Source: a virus
Taxonomy: Duplodnaviria; Caudoviricetes
Virus record (IMG/VR): IMGVR_UViG_3300030037_000009
Span: 1 to 46,273 of that record
Length of the DNA stretch: 46,273 nt
Reading direction: 5' to 3' (one strand)
A program made the translations under genes and the position numbers. The notes beneath the pieces are model-generated. The model saw only the letters and a list, made by a program, of their open reading frames with translations, had not been told where the DNA came from and ran no database searches. Within the stretch, counting starts at the first letter, position 1. The number at the start of each line of letters is the position of its first letter. This document shows, one piece after another, positions 16,471-23,840 of the stretch.

Positions 16471-17182
16471 CGGTTAGCCTAGCCTGGGTTTTATCTTGTT
16501 TTTGTAAAAACCTTTCACGCTCGATCAGCAAGCATTCCAGTTGTTTAACCGTCGTGTCTTCTGGTGCGTCGGTGCCAATCAAAATCTGTCGCTGTGGCGG
16601 GCAAAGCTGCTTGACGTAATGCGGAATTCTTTGGTGCTTCCACTCGTCCGCAAATATCACAGCAACCGCTCTCGACTTTGGCATGTGTCCGAGGTTAACC
16701 AGTTTTATCGATGACTCCATTTTTTCCAATCCGCTACAGGCTCCAGACCAAAACCATTTTGCAGGCGTCTTGGTTGATTCAGCGATTGATACCTGTTGCT
16801 CGTATGCTTGAATAAAAATTTGCTTTGCTCCGATCTTGTCACCGTCGTCGTGTGACTCCTGACACATGCCGTAAGCGCTCGCTATGGTGTCGGTTATCCA
16901 TCCGCTAGACTCTTCGCCTTGCAAGCAGTAAGACCATGCAATTTGGGCTGGTGGGTGTCCCATGCCTTTTTTCAGGTGTTCGATAATCGCTTGCGGTTTC
17001 AGGTTGTATTGGCTTGTTTTCAAAGTTTCCTGAATACCGTAAAAAATTTCGTCTCTCGTGTAATCGCACAAAGTTGGGTACCAAACGGATTCTAAAATAC
17101 TTGGGTCGAATGGTAATCTCTGCGATTTTGCAACCGGTTCGATTAATTCCCTTAGTTCTGCCCTGTTAATCAATCTCATCAA
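16460..17182 (-). CDS. Putative helicase loader/inhibitor (lambda P / G39P-like position and motifs)
   Basis: WYPTLCDY, P.AQIAW, FIQAYE; directly after initiator. Confidence 0.6.
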   Translation of the reverse strand: MMRLINRAELRELIEPVAKSQRLPFDPSILESVWYPTLCDYTRDEIFYGIQETLKTSQYNLKPQAIIEHLKKGMGHPPAQIAWSYCLQGEESSGWITDTIASAYGMCQESHDDGDKIGAKQIFIQAYEQQVSIAESTKTPAKWFWSGACSGLEKMESSIKLVNLGHMPKSRAVAVIFADEWKHQRIPHYVKQLCPPQRQILIGTDAPEDTTVKQLECLLIERERFLQKQDKTQARLTDEN

Positions 17183-18083
17183 ATTCGCCCTCTAGGTCGT
17201 TGCTTGTGCCGTGTTGTTTTTCGAAGTCTGCCCATTGATCAGTTTCGGCTTGGTCTTTTTCCTGCTTGGTCATTTGTTGACCGCCTATCGGATACGGTTG
17301 GATATCATCGTTCCAAAGCTCACCGTTGAGATATGGCAATGGGCCGGATTTGTATTGTCGTATTCCGTTTTCAATCCTCCACTTGTAACAATTGGCATCA
17401 CGGTTTTTTACGTCAGCGATGAGCATGTCAACAACCGCATCAAGTTTTTTAGTTTTCCATTTTTTCTCGCATTCTCGGCGCTTGTCTTTTTTCCCGTATG
17501 CATTCCAAAACTTTTCAAATGGTGTCAAGCACACACCCGTTTCGTCAGAAACAATATCTTTTCCATTTTTTAAAGCGTCATACGCGTTGAGGGTTTCAGG
17601 ATTCGGGAATCCGGTTTCAGGAATCAGGCTAAAGGAATCAGGAATCAGGTTAAGGGAATCAGCACGATCACTAGCAGAGTCGTTCCGTTTTAATCCAGAT
17701 AGATCGCGATTAATCGTGAGTCCTTTAAAATCAATGACTTGGCGAGTCTTTTCGTTGAACGCCGGAATTTCTGACCCCTTGTCCCTCTCGTTCTTGTGCG
17801 GGTTCTGATGTGTGCAAAATTCAACCACCCGACAGTACAATTTATCTGCGTTCGAGTAGAACCGTATGAATCCAGATTGATCCAGATTAATCGCGAGTTT
17901 TTTAATGTCGCAATTATCGTATGGTAAAAGTTGGGCTTTTATACGTTTCTCCCTCCATTCAAAATCGCCTTTATAATCCGCAATTGTCCACATTCCAACG
18001 AACAACAAGCGCCCCAAAGGTTCTATATCTGCAAGGTCGTCATTAAGGAAAAACCCTGGCTTTATGTTTCTTGCTCTAGCCAT
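17166..18083 (-). CDS. Phage replication initiator protein
   Basis: MARARNIKPGFF..GRLLFVGMWTIAD..G N-domain; FEKFWNAYGKK and YLNGELWND C-domain; repetitive linker. Confidence 0.88.
   Translation of the reverse strand: MARARNIKPGFFLNDDLADIEPLGRLLFVGMWTIADYKGDFEWREKRIKAQLLPYDNCDIKKLAINLDQSGFIRFYSNADKLYCRVVEFCTHQNPHKNERDKGSEIPAFNEKTRQVIDFKGLTINRDLSGLKRNDSASDRADSLNLIPDSFSLIPETGFPNPETLNAYDALKNGKDIVSDETGVCLTPFEKFWNAYGKKDKRRECEKKWKTKKLDAVVDMLIADVKNRDANCYKWRIENGIRQYKSGPLPYLNGELWNDDIQPYPIGGQQMTKQEKDQAETDQWADFEKQHGTSNDLEGEFDEID
17594..17898. repeat. Putative origin repeats inside the initiator gene
   Basis: Clustered GGAATCAG units 17594-17662; two ~30-nt AATCCAGAT.GATC..GATTAATCG.GAGT copies at ~17692 and ~17869. 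Confidence 0.6.
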
Positions 18084-18085
18084 GA

Positions 18086-18256
18086 TTAAGACCCCGATTT
18101 AGCCGCCCGTTCCTGCAAATGCTCGTAGTGATCCTTTAGGACTAGAACCATTGGGGGCCTGTCTCTGTGACTTATTACGGCTGATTTATTGAGCATGACT
18201 TCATTGAATATCATTGCTGTTTCGCTTCTTAGTTGAGCTGTTTTGAACTCTTTCAC
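18086..18256 (-). CDS. Orphan Phd/YefM-like protein (56 aa)
   Basis: Hand translation MKEFKTAQLRSETAMIFNEVMLNKSAVISHRDRPPMVLVLKDHYEHLQERAAKSGS; GGAG RBS; Phd/YefM residue pattern. Confidence 0.75.
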   Translation of the reverse strand: MKEFKTAQLRSETAMIFNEVMLNKSAVISHRDRPPMVLVLKDHYEHLQERAAKSGS

Positions 18257-18271
18257 TTATGACTCACTCCG

Positions 18272-18322
18272 TACAAGTTGTATGTGTTGCAACAATATAG
18301 GCGTGAACGCTCGGGAGGTCAA
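18272..18322 (-). promoter_or_regulatory. Sigma70 promoter of the replication operon with downstream palindromes
   Basis: TTGACC-17-TATATT; TGTTGCAACA (18285-18294) and TACAA-N-TTGTA (18272-18282). Confidence 0.75.
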
Positions 18323-18409
18323 TAGCCAAATCAAATAATTTAACGCATAATGCAAACGCGGCTCACTACCGCGAATAATAATAAAAACAGCCTCTATCAA
18401 TTCTCATCC

Positions 18410-18439
18410 ACCGGCACACCTCAAATGCCGGTTTTTTTT
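18410..18439 (+). terminator. Rho-independent terminator
   Basis: ACCGGCA-9nt-TGCCGGT followed by T run. Confidence 0.8.
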
Positions 18440-18448
18440 CGAGCGGAT

Positions 18449-18625
18449 ATGAAGATAATTTTGTTTGGTAGTTTCTGGGTAATGTTTTTTTATTCGTGGT
18501 TCGTTGGCTGTTCAATCGTTGCTGACAAGGGATTTCGAGAAATGGAAGGTAAACACACGACTAAGCTATTGGTGGTCGCATGGGCGCTGTTATATCTAAT
18601 CTGGTTGCTTTATGACGGGCAATAA
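18449..18625 (+). CDS. 58-aa two-TM membrane protein
   Basis: MKIILFGSFWVMFFYSWFVG...LLVVAWALLYLIWLLYDGQ; ends at terminator. Confidence 0.55.
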   Translation: MKIILFGSFWVMFFYSWFVGCSIVADKGFREMEGKHTTKLLVVAWALLYLIWLLYDGQ

Positions 18626-18656
18626 AAAACCCGCTACCTTTCGATAACGGGTTTTT
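18624..18656. terminator. Bidirectional terminator
   Basis: AAAAAACCCG...CGGGTTTTT. Confidence 0.8.
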
Positions 18657-18747
18657 CATATGGGGACAATGCGGAAGGCTGAATAAAAACTCTTCGCGGG
18701 AATTACCTAACACACTGCTAACACTCAAGGACGGCTAGTGTAGCATG

Positions 18748-18945
18748 TTATTTTTCTGTATTAAAATCAAAAATATGATTCAGGTGTTCTACTATTTTTT
18801 TAGCCTGTGATTCATTTATATGGAACGCCTCGTAATTATGTAGCGTGTCCCTACCTTGTATTTCTATCGCCAATTCAAGATCTTCATCGACTCTATTGTC
18901 AAATGTTATCGTTTTGCTTCCACGTACAAACTCTAATTCACTCAC
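18748..18945 (-). CDS. Hypothetical protein
   Basis: GTGA-coupled ORF. Confidence 0.65.
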   Translation of the reverse strand: MSELEFVRGSKTITFDNRVDEDLELAIEIQGRDTLHNYEAFHINESQAKKIVEHLNHIFDFNTEK

Positions 18946-19562
18946 AACAACCCCCCGTCACCAATACCCATTGCGCCGATATAATCAGCTATTCCACAAT
19001 CCTCACCGAGCATATACAAAGCCGTTCGATTAACAGAACAATATTTAGTCAATCTAAACATTTTCGGCAAGGGGTCATTTTTTAAAACGAATTGAGTAGT
19101 GATTTCCTGCATTGCCTCAAAAAAGTAATCGTTCTTTTTATTATAATTTAAAGCCCTTGGTGCGCCGAATGTAACAACGCGGTGTAAGTTATCACCCATC
19201 ATTATTAGATAGTAGCCAGCCATGACAGCTATGGAGCCCGCCACGCCATGACCGGATAGGATTATAGGCAACCCCTCGTGCTTTGCTATATGGTCCATCA
19301 TAAACGGTTTGATAGCCTCGAAATCCATTGCAAAATGCGGATTACCCCACGTTTCTTTTCGGTCATCTAGTCCGAGAAGATCAGACATAAATGTAGCCCA
19401 TGTGTACGACTCTTTAAACTTCGCGTTGTCCATTGCTGTGAATGTGATATATCGCACGCCTTCGATAATGTCGCTCGACAATGAAATATATGAATCATTC
19501 TCACTATCACGGTTTGAAATTAGTCGTTGTATATTTTCTGCTATAGCCTGATCGCTTATCAT
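18942..19562 (-). CDS. Class-3 lipase-like alpha/beta hydrolase with degenerate nucleophile (GHGVAG)
   Basis: ILSGHGVAGSIA, VVTFGAPR, NDPLPKM match the Lipase_3 layout (GHSLGG, TFGxPR, DxVP). Confidence 0.8.
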   Translation of the reverse strand: MISDQAIAENIQRLISNRDSENDSYISLSSDIIEGVRYITFTAMDNAKFKESYTWATFMSDLLGLDDRKETWGNPHFAMDFEAIKPFMMDHIAKHEGLPIILSGHGVAGSIAVMAGYYLIMMGDNLHRVVTFGAPRALNYNKKNDYFFEAMQEITTQFVLKNDPLPKMFRLTKYCSVNRTALYMLGEDCGIADYIGAMGIGDGGLL

Positions 19563-19689
19563 TTTGTAGTTCCCTGGTTGGTGCGTAATATTCTCGAAAG
19601 GTTTCGTGTGCGTTCCACGTTAACACTATGTAGCCTGCTAGTAATAGGCCGGAGCCAACGCCTAGCAGGTATAGTTTAAATTGGTGCAT
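19507..19689 (-). CDS. Small single-TM protein
   Basis: Hydrophobic LYLLGVGSGLLLAGYIVLTW; overlaps neighbours. Confidence 0.5.
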   Translation of the reverse strand: MHQFKLYLLGVGSGLLLAGYIVLTWNAHETFREYYAPTRELQNDKRSGYSRKYTTTNFKP

Positions 19690-19876
19690 CTGGTAGCGGC
19701 ATCCAGTGAGTTACTTCTACCTTTCCCAAAATATCAAGATTAACCGGCGTAAACTCGTAAGCCATACCGTAAACACTATCCACCTCGTAGGTTTCAATAG
19801 AACCGTCACTAAAGAAGCACAAGTACATACCTTCCTCTTCTGGCATTTCATCATCAACACTTATCCACTTATCCAT
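19676..19876 (-). CDS. DUF551 family protein
   Basis: WISVDDEMP...VTHWMPLPDAP. Confidence 0.92.
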   Translation of the reverse strand: MDKWISVDDEMPEEEGMYLCFFSDGSIETYEVDSVYGMAYEFTPVNLDILGKVEVTHWMPLPDAPI

Positions 19877-20063
19877 CGTCTTTCACCATATCAATTTCTT
19901 TATCCAAATAATCGTTTCTTACTTCTGCCTCTGCTGACCATCCAATACTAAAAACGTGCTCGCAATACCTGCATTCATAGTCTGAGTCATCACAAGCGTC
20001 TCTTGGCAGATCATCACAATCTAATTCTTGTTGCTTGTCGCACTTTGGGCAATCAATGTACAT
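19869..20063 (-). CDS. Zinc-ribbon protein
   Basis: CPKC...CRYC. Confidence 0.75.
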   Translation of the reverse strand: MYIDCPKCDKQQELDCDDLPRDACDDSDYECRYCEHVFSIGWSAEAEVRNDYLDKEIDMVKDDG

Positions 20064-20262
20064 CGTCTTTCACCATTATAGCTCTGGAAGGTTCAAGTTC
20101 TGAATACTCAAACAATCCGTTTTTTATTCCCAAATCCATCACACGCTTACCGTTATTGTAATTTACTTTACAGTCACGCTGTATACTAGAAACTCCGAAA
20201 ACTTCACGGTCATTACTCGCTATGAAGTTTTCTAGGTGCTTCTTTACTTGGTCGCCGTTCAA
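20053..20262 (-). CDS. Stand-alone FtsK-gamma-like winged-helix protein
   Basis: GVSSIQRDCKVNYNNGKRVMD resembles SxSxxQRxxRIGYNRAARxxD. Confidence 0.65.
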   Translation of the reverse strand: MNGDQVKKHLENFIASNDREVFGVSSIQRDCKVNYNNGKRVMDLGIKNGLFEYSELEPSRAIMVKDDVH

Positions 20263-20477
20263 ATTTCATTTCCTGCCTGTAGCTCTTCGTAATCGTGGTT
20301 AAGCATAACGATTGCCACCATTACAGAATCACCCACCTTGTACCCAACCTTGTAAATCGACGTCTCTTTTAATCCCTCTATGCTGATAAGCTCCCCCGCC
20401 CTTGGAATTATATTCGATTCTAATTCAAGCACTTTTTTGCCGTCCCCTGACCTAAATATAATTTTCATTAACAGCAC
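20259..20477 (-). CDS. Hypothetical protein
   Basis: Packed ORF, IPRAGELI motif. Confidence 0.65.
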   Translation of the reverse strand: MLLMKIIFRSGDGKKVLELESNIIPRAGELISIEGLKETSIYKVGYKVGDSVMVAIVMLNHDYEELQAGNEI

Positions 20478-20908
20478 CCGTCATTTATTGCTTTTGCGAA
20501 CTGCACGACCGTTTGATAGTCTTCGGTGCCTCTGATCTCTGTTGCAATGTTTAGCAGGGTAGCCGCTTGTATTTCGGCAATGCTGGTTGCTGCCTGCGTG
20601 TTTGCGTCGTGATCTTCAAACGCATCAATAACAATATTAATTGCAGTTTGATAGCCTTTGTTAAAATCGTCCGTTTGATCAAGCCGTATCTCTGCCAAAT
20701 GTTTGCGCATATCGTTAGCCATGTTTGATAGTGACGCGTATTTTTCGATGGGGATTAGGGCTTCGAGTTCGCGTATGTGACTTAGCGCATCTAGAGGCTG
20801 TTTGCAAATTGGTGGATGCATTGCTAACCACGGAATAAAATTTTTCCGCTTCTCGCAATTAGAAAAATCCTGGGTTAGTCCTACTGATAAAATCGCTCTA
20901 TCGTTCAT
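20468..20908 (-). CDS. Hypothetical protein
   Basis: First ORF after the structured leader. Confidence 0.7.
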   Translation of the reverse strand: MNDRAILSVGLTQDFSNCEKRKNFIPWLAMHPPICKQPLDALSHIRELEALIPIEKYASLSNMANDMRKHLAEIRLDQTDDFNKGYQTAINIVIDAFEDHDANTQAATSIAEIQAATLLNIATEIRGTEDYQTVVQFAKAINDGCC

Positions 20909-20934
20909 TTTTGTTTCTCTGGTTGGTTGTTAAA

Positions 20935-21062
20935 GGTTTATTGAATGTGACGCTACCGTTAAAGGGATCGCCATTGCGCAATGCGGGTGCCGTCTATTCA
21001 GCTTAACAATCCCCTCGCGCCTTTCAGCTATTGCAATGGTGCAACGCCACAATCAATAAACC
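20935..21062 (-). ncRNA. Structured leader RNA candidate (nested 22-bp and 13-bp stems)
   Basis: Arms 21041-21062/20935-20956 and 21004-21016/20961-20973; 8 of 9 non-Watson-Crick positions are G:U on the minus strand. Confidence 0.7.
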
Positions 21063-21083
21063 CTTGTTTCTTTCGACTCCTGA

Positions 21084-21123
21084 ATAGTAGGCCATTCTCG
21101 TTATCTTGTAAACTATTGTTTAG
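21084..21123 (-). promoter_or_regulatory. Sigma70 promoter with overlapping operator palindrome
   Basis: TTTACA-17-TACTAT; GTAAACTATTGTTTAG at 21108-21123. Confidence 0.85.
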
Positions 21124-21143
21124 TAGAATGTTGAATTTAACGC

Positions 21144-21181
21144 AAAAAAAAGCAGCAACCGGGCCTATGATCCGGTGCTGC
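21144..21181 (-). terminator. Rho-independent terminator after endolysin
   Basis: GCAGCACCGG-9nt-CCGGTTGCTGC then T8. Confidence 0.85.
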
Positions 21182-21244
21182 CGTCTTTCAAACTCCAACC
21201 AGAAGTTTCCACCAAACCGTGAGAGCGACTTGATAAAATACATT

Positions 21245-21784
21245 CTAGGCTATGAATAGTTTTCGTTCAAGCTCCCGACGCTTAACAAGTCCAGAAAGTA
21301 TCACACCGTTAGCCCTTCGCCATTGCCAAAAGTTAGCCGCGCACCCCTCGTATTCACCCCTATTTAGTCGCCTAAGCAACGTGGATGCCCTAAAGTTACC
21401 CTGGCCTATGTTGTAAGCCAAAGACACCAAGGCGCTAAACTGGTTGTCATTCAATGGTACTTTCACATCACGGCGCACACCACTAGCAAATATTTTAACG
21501 TCACGGTAAAAAAGCTTGTTAGCTGCCGTTATGTCAATTTGGGGGTGATCCATTGTTACCGGCTTAAAATTGGCGTCCAGTGTAGCCCCCTTGCCAATAG
21601 TGCAAACACCAGCCGCGCAAATATAAGGGATTGAACTGTAACCCTCTGCAAGCGCTATGAGCTTAAAGCCTGCGTCTGTCATTCGAGGCGGCCTGTTTTT
21701 TGCCTCAAGCTCTGCCGTTGCTATTAGCTCGATAACTTCGGGATCTGGCATATGTCGATTAACTAACCAACGCCACCAGCTCAT
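21245..21784 (-). CDS. Endolysin, GH24 phage lysozyme (E-X8-C-X5-T)
   Basis: AEGYSSIPYICAAGVCTIGKG, NQFSALVSLAYNIG, STLLRRLN, GLVKRRELE. Confidence 0.95.
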   Translation of the reverse strand: MSWWRWLVNRHMPDPEVIELIATAELEAKNRPPRMTDAGFKLIALAEGYSSIPYICAAGVCTIGKGATLDANFKPVTMDHPQIDITAANKLFYRDVKIFASGVRRDVKVPLNDNQFSALVSLAYNIGQGNFRASTLLRRLNRGEYEGCAANFWQWRRANGVILSGLVKRRELERKLFIA

Positions 21785-22281
21785 TTTTTTCCGCTGATCT
21801 TTTCAACGCCTCTATTTGTTATGTAATAGCTAACGCCCAACTCCAACATTGCCCAATCTTCTGCGCCCCATGCCGATAAAATAGCCTTTGACAATGCCGC
21901 CGCCTGCATGTCGCCACCAGTTAGCGCGTAGATAGTCGCTATTTTAAATAGGACATAGAGTCCCATAAAAGTGGAAACGATACCGGGCCGCATTGCAGAG
22001 CGCCACGCGTTAATCAAATCCATCAGCACGCCGCCAAACCATGTATTCGGCTTGTGACTTGCTGAATTTGTATCGTGCTGCAAACTCGCTTGATAGCTCT
22101 CATTTGCGCCTTCTATGCGCGACATATCGAACCGAGTATTTTCAATGTCCTTTTGTGCTGCATACTGTTTTTCGAGTATTGCCAGTTCTTGTTTATTATC
22201 CTGCTTTCGCTCGAAGTACTCGAAAGTTTTTGGTATTGCGCCTGCTACTATTCCCGCTATTGATGCTATTCCGAATGCCAT
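21781..22281 (-). CDS. Holin candidate (3TM GTA-holin / DUF3154-like)
   Basis: N-terminal hydrophobic helix, coiled coil, WRSAMRP + TM, SYYITNRGVEK; ATGA-coupled to endolysin. Confidence 0.7.
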   Translation of the reverse strand: MAFGIASIAGIVAGAIPKTFEYFERKQDNKQELAILEKQYAAQKDIENTRFDMSRIEGANESYQASLQHDTNSASHKPNTWFGGVLMDLINAWRSAMRPGIVSTFMGLYVLFKIATIYALTGGDMQAAALSKAILSAWGAEDWAMLELGVSYYITNRGVEKISGKK

Positions 22282-22300
22282 GATTATTTCTTCCCAATTA

Positions 22301-22564
22301 TTAAACGGACAATTCCGCCATCGTTTCTTTTATTTCTAATTCGCTGATTCTTGATAGGTCACACCACCCAATACCCTTAACGTTTCCAACCATTTCGCAA
22401 GGGCTAAGACCGCCGCGACTTGCCAGCTTACTTAGTGTCTGACCATGATTTTCTCGTGCCTGTTCTTCGCTAAGCAGCGACCACTTTACGTAATCAGGCA
22501 GACCGTCATTAGGCTTACGGCTGTAGTGGTGTAGAACTGGAAATTTATTATCTTCTTTGCTCAT
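22301..22564 (-). CDS. Hypothetical phage protein
   Basis: QARENHGQTLSKLASRGGLSPCE; packed ORF. Confidence 0.75.
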   Translation of the reverse strand: MSKEDNKFPVLHHYSRKPNDGLPDYVKWSLLSEEQARENHGQTLSKLASRGGLSPCEMVGNVKGIGWCDLSRISELEIKETMAELSV

Positions 22565-22566
22565 AA

Positions 22567-22806
22567 TTATTCCTCACCCTGTTTAAATAAATCAGTGTCG
22601 AGCTTTCCCGCCGCTATATCTGGATGGTGCACCCTGAAAGCCCCTGTTTTAATATTGCAGCTAATCATCACCTTGCCCACCGCTTTGCCTGTAATGACTT
22701 TGTTTAGGTATTGATAGCTCATGCCTGAACATTTATGCATAACTGCATTTGTGATTTTGTATTTTTTGATGAAATCCGGCAATTCCATCACCTCTTTGTT
22801 TTTCAT
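22567..22806 (-). CDS. Cro-like HTH regulator
   Basis: LPDFIKKYKITNAVMHKCSGMSYQYLNKVI HTH-like pattern; AGAGAGG RBS; next to two operator copies. Confidence 0.6.
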   Translation of the reverse strand: MKNKEVMELPDFIKKYKITNAVMHKCSGMSYQYLNKVITGKAVGKVMISCNIKTGAFRVHHPDIAAGKLDTDLFKQGEE

Positions 22807-22832
22807 GTAACCTCTCTTTTTTTAAATATTTC

Positions 22833-22903
22833 GTAAACAATAGTTTACAAGCGCCTCGAATTCAACTAAATTCTTAACTCGCAAGCAGTAAACAATAGTT
22901 TAT
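22833..22903 (+). promoter_or_regulatory. Rightward promoter with two operator palindromes (divergent switch region)
   Basis: GTAAACAATAGTTTAC 22833-22848; TTTACA-17-TAAATT; GTAAACAATAGTTTAT 22888-22903. Confidence 0.85.
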
Positions 22904-22959
22904 AGAGAAAACGATGAAATTAAAACCTTTCAACCCAACCAGTATAAGTGAGAGCAACA

Positions 22960-23136
22960 ATGGAACTAATCAACGTGGACGTGAACAAGAAGCGCAAAAA
23001 ACCAATGGCATACAAGATGCAGAGAGCGAGATTGTTTCGCATCATGCCAGCAACGGTGCCGCCGCAACGCCCAGCACCTCAACCGAGAATCCCGGCACTA
23101 TCAGCAATGAGGGTAATAACATGTCAAGTAACATAA
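22960..23136 (+). CDS. 58-aa basic Arg/Pro-rich protein
   Basis: GAGAG RBS then ATG; MELINVDVNKKRKKPMAYKMQRARLFR... Confidence 0.45.
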   Translation: MELINVDVNKKRKKPMAYKMQRARLFRIMPATVPPQRPAPQPRIPALSAMRVITCQVT

Positions 23137-23840
23137 TAATTCTGGATAAAATGATACAAGGTTCTAACGAGTGGCACGACGCACGACGCGGACGCATCAC
23201 TATGAGCAATGCAAAAGCCCTTATAGCCAAAGGTAGAAAGAAAGGCGAACCGTCAGTAACTCGCAGATCTTACCTAATAAGCGTTGCGTCAGAAATCATA
23301 ACCGGCGTTACGGCTGAGACTTTCAAGAGCTGGCAAATGGAACGCGGTAACATATTGGAACCGTTTGCAAGGGATGCGTACAGAGAGTACAGGGGCATAG
23401 AGGGGCGTGAAGTTGGGCTAGGTTATCTAAATAGCGATCGTCGCATATCCGCATCACCTGACGAACTGTATCCAAATCACGGTATGGAAATTAAATGCCA
23501 AATGCCAAAAAATCATCTTAACACTATTGTAAACGGATTCGAGCCCAAAGAATTCGACCCTCAAATGCAAGGGTGTATGTGGTTATTTGAGAAGGAATAT
23601 TGGGAGTACGTTTCCTTTTGTCCTGACTTCCCAGAACAGCCAATTTTCGTACACCGGGTTAATCGTGACGAACAAATGATAAAAGCAATCGAAGAATCTG
23701 CATTGCAGGGCGTTGAAGAGATAGACGAATTTGTACGCAAGGGTCGAGACTCTGAACCAAGTGTAGCCATCCTTGGAATATGCGGGGATGCATTGAGAGA
23801 AATTGAAGCATTAAGCTATGAAGAACCGGAGTTTATTTAG
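23121..23840 (+). CDS. YqaJ / lambda-exonuclease family recombination nuclease
   Basis: QGSNEWHDARRGRIT, MERGNILEP, SASPD, EIKC, QMQGCMW; GAGGGT RBS before ATG 23121. Confidence 0.92.
   Translation: MSSNIIILDKMIQGSNEWHDARRGRITMSNAKALIAKGRKKGEPSVTRRSYLISVASEIITGVTAETFKSWQMERGNILEPFARDAYREYRGIEGREVGLGYLNSDRRISASPDELYPNHGMEIKCQMPKNHLNTIVNGFEPKEFDPQMQGCMWLFEKEYWEYVSFCPDFPEQPIFVHRVNRDEQMIKAIEESALQGVEEIDEFVRKGRDSEPSVAILGICGDALREIEALSYEEPEFI

Noticed and set aside
20935-21062. Hammerhead ribozyme or C4 antisense RNA
   Set aside because: CUGA occurs twice but the CUGANGA plus downstream GAAA core is absent, and I could not match C4 consensus elements; kept as an unclassified structure
20981-21259. 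ORFs 20981..21259 (+) and 21028..21243 (-)
   Set aside because: They run across a terminator, promoter/operator and structured leader; better explained as non-coding
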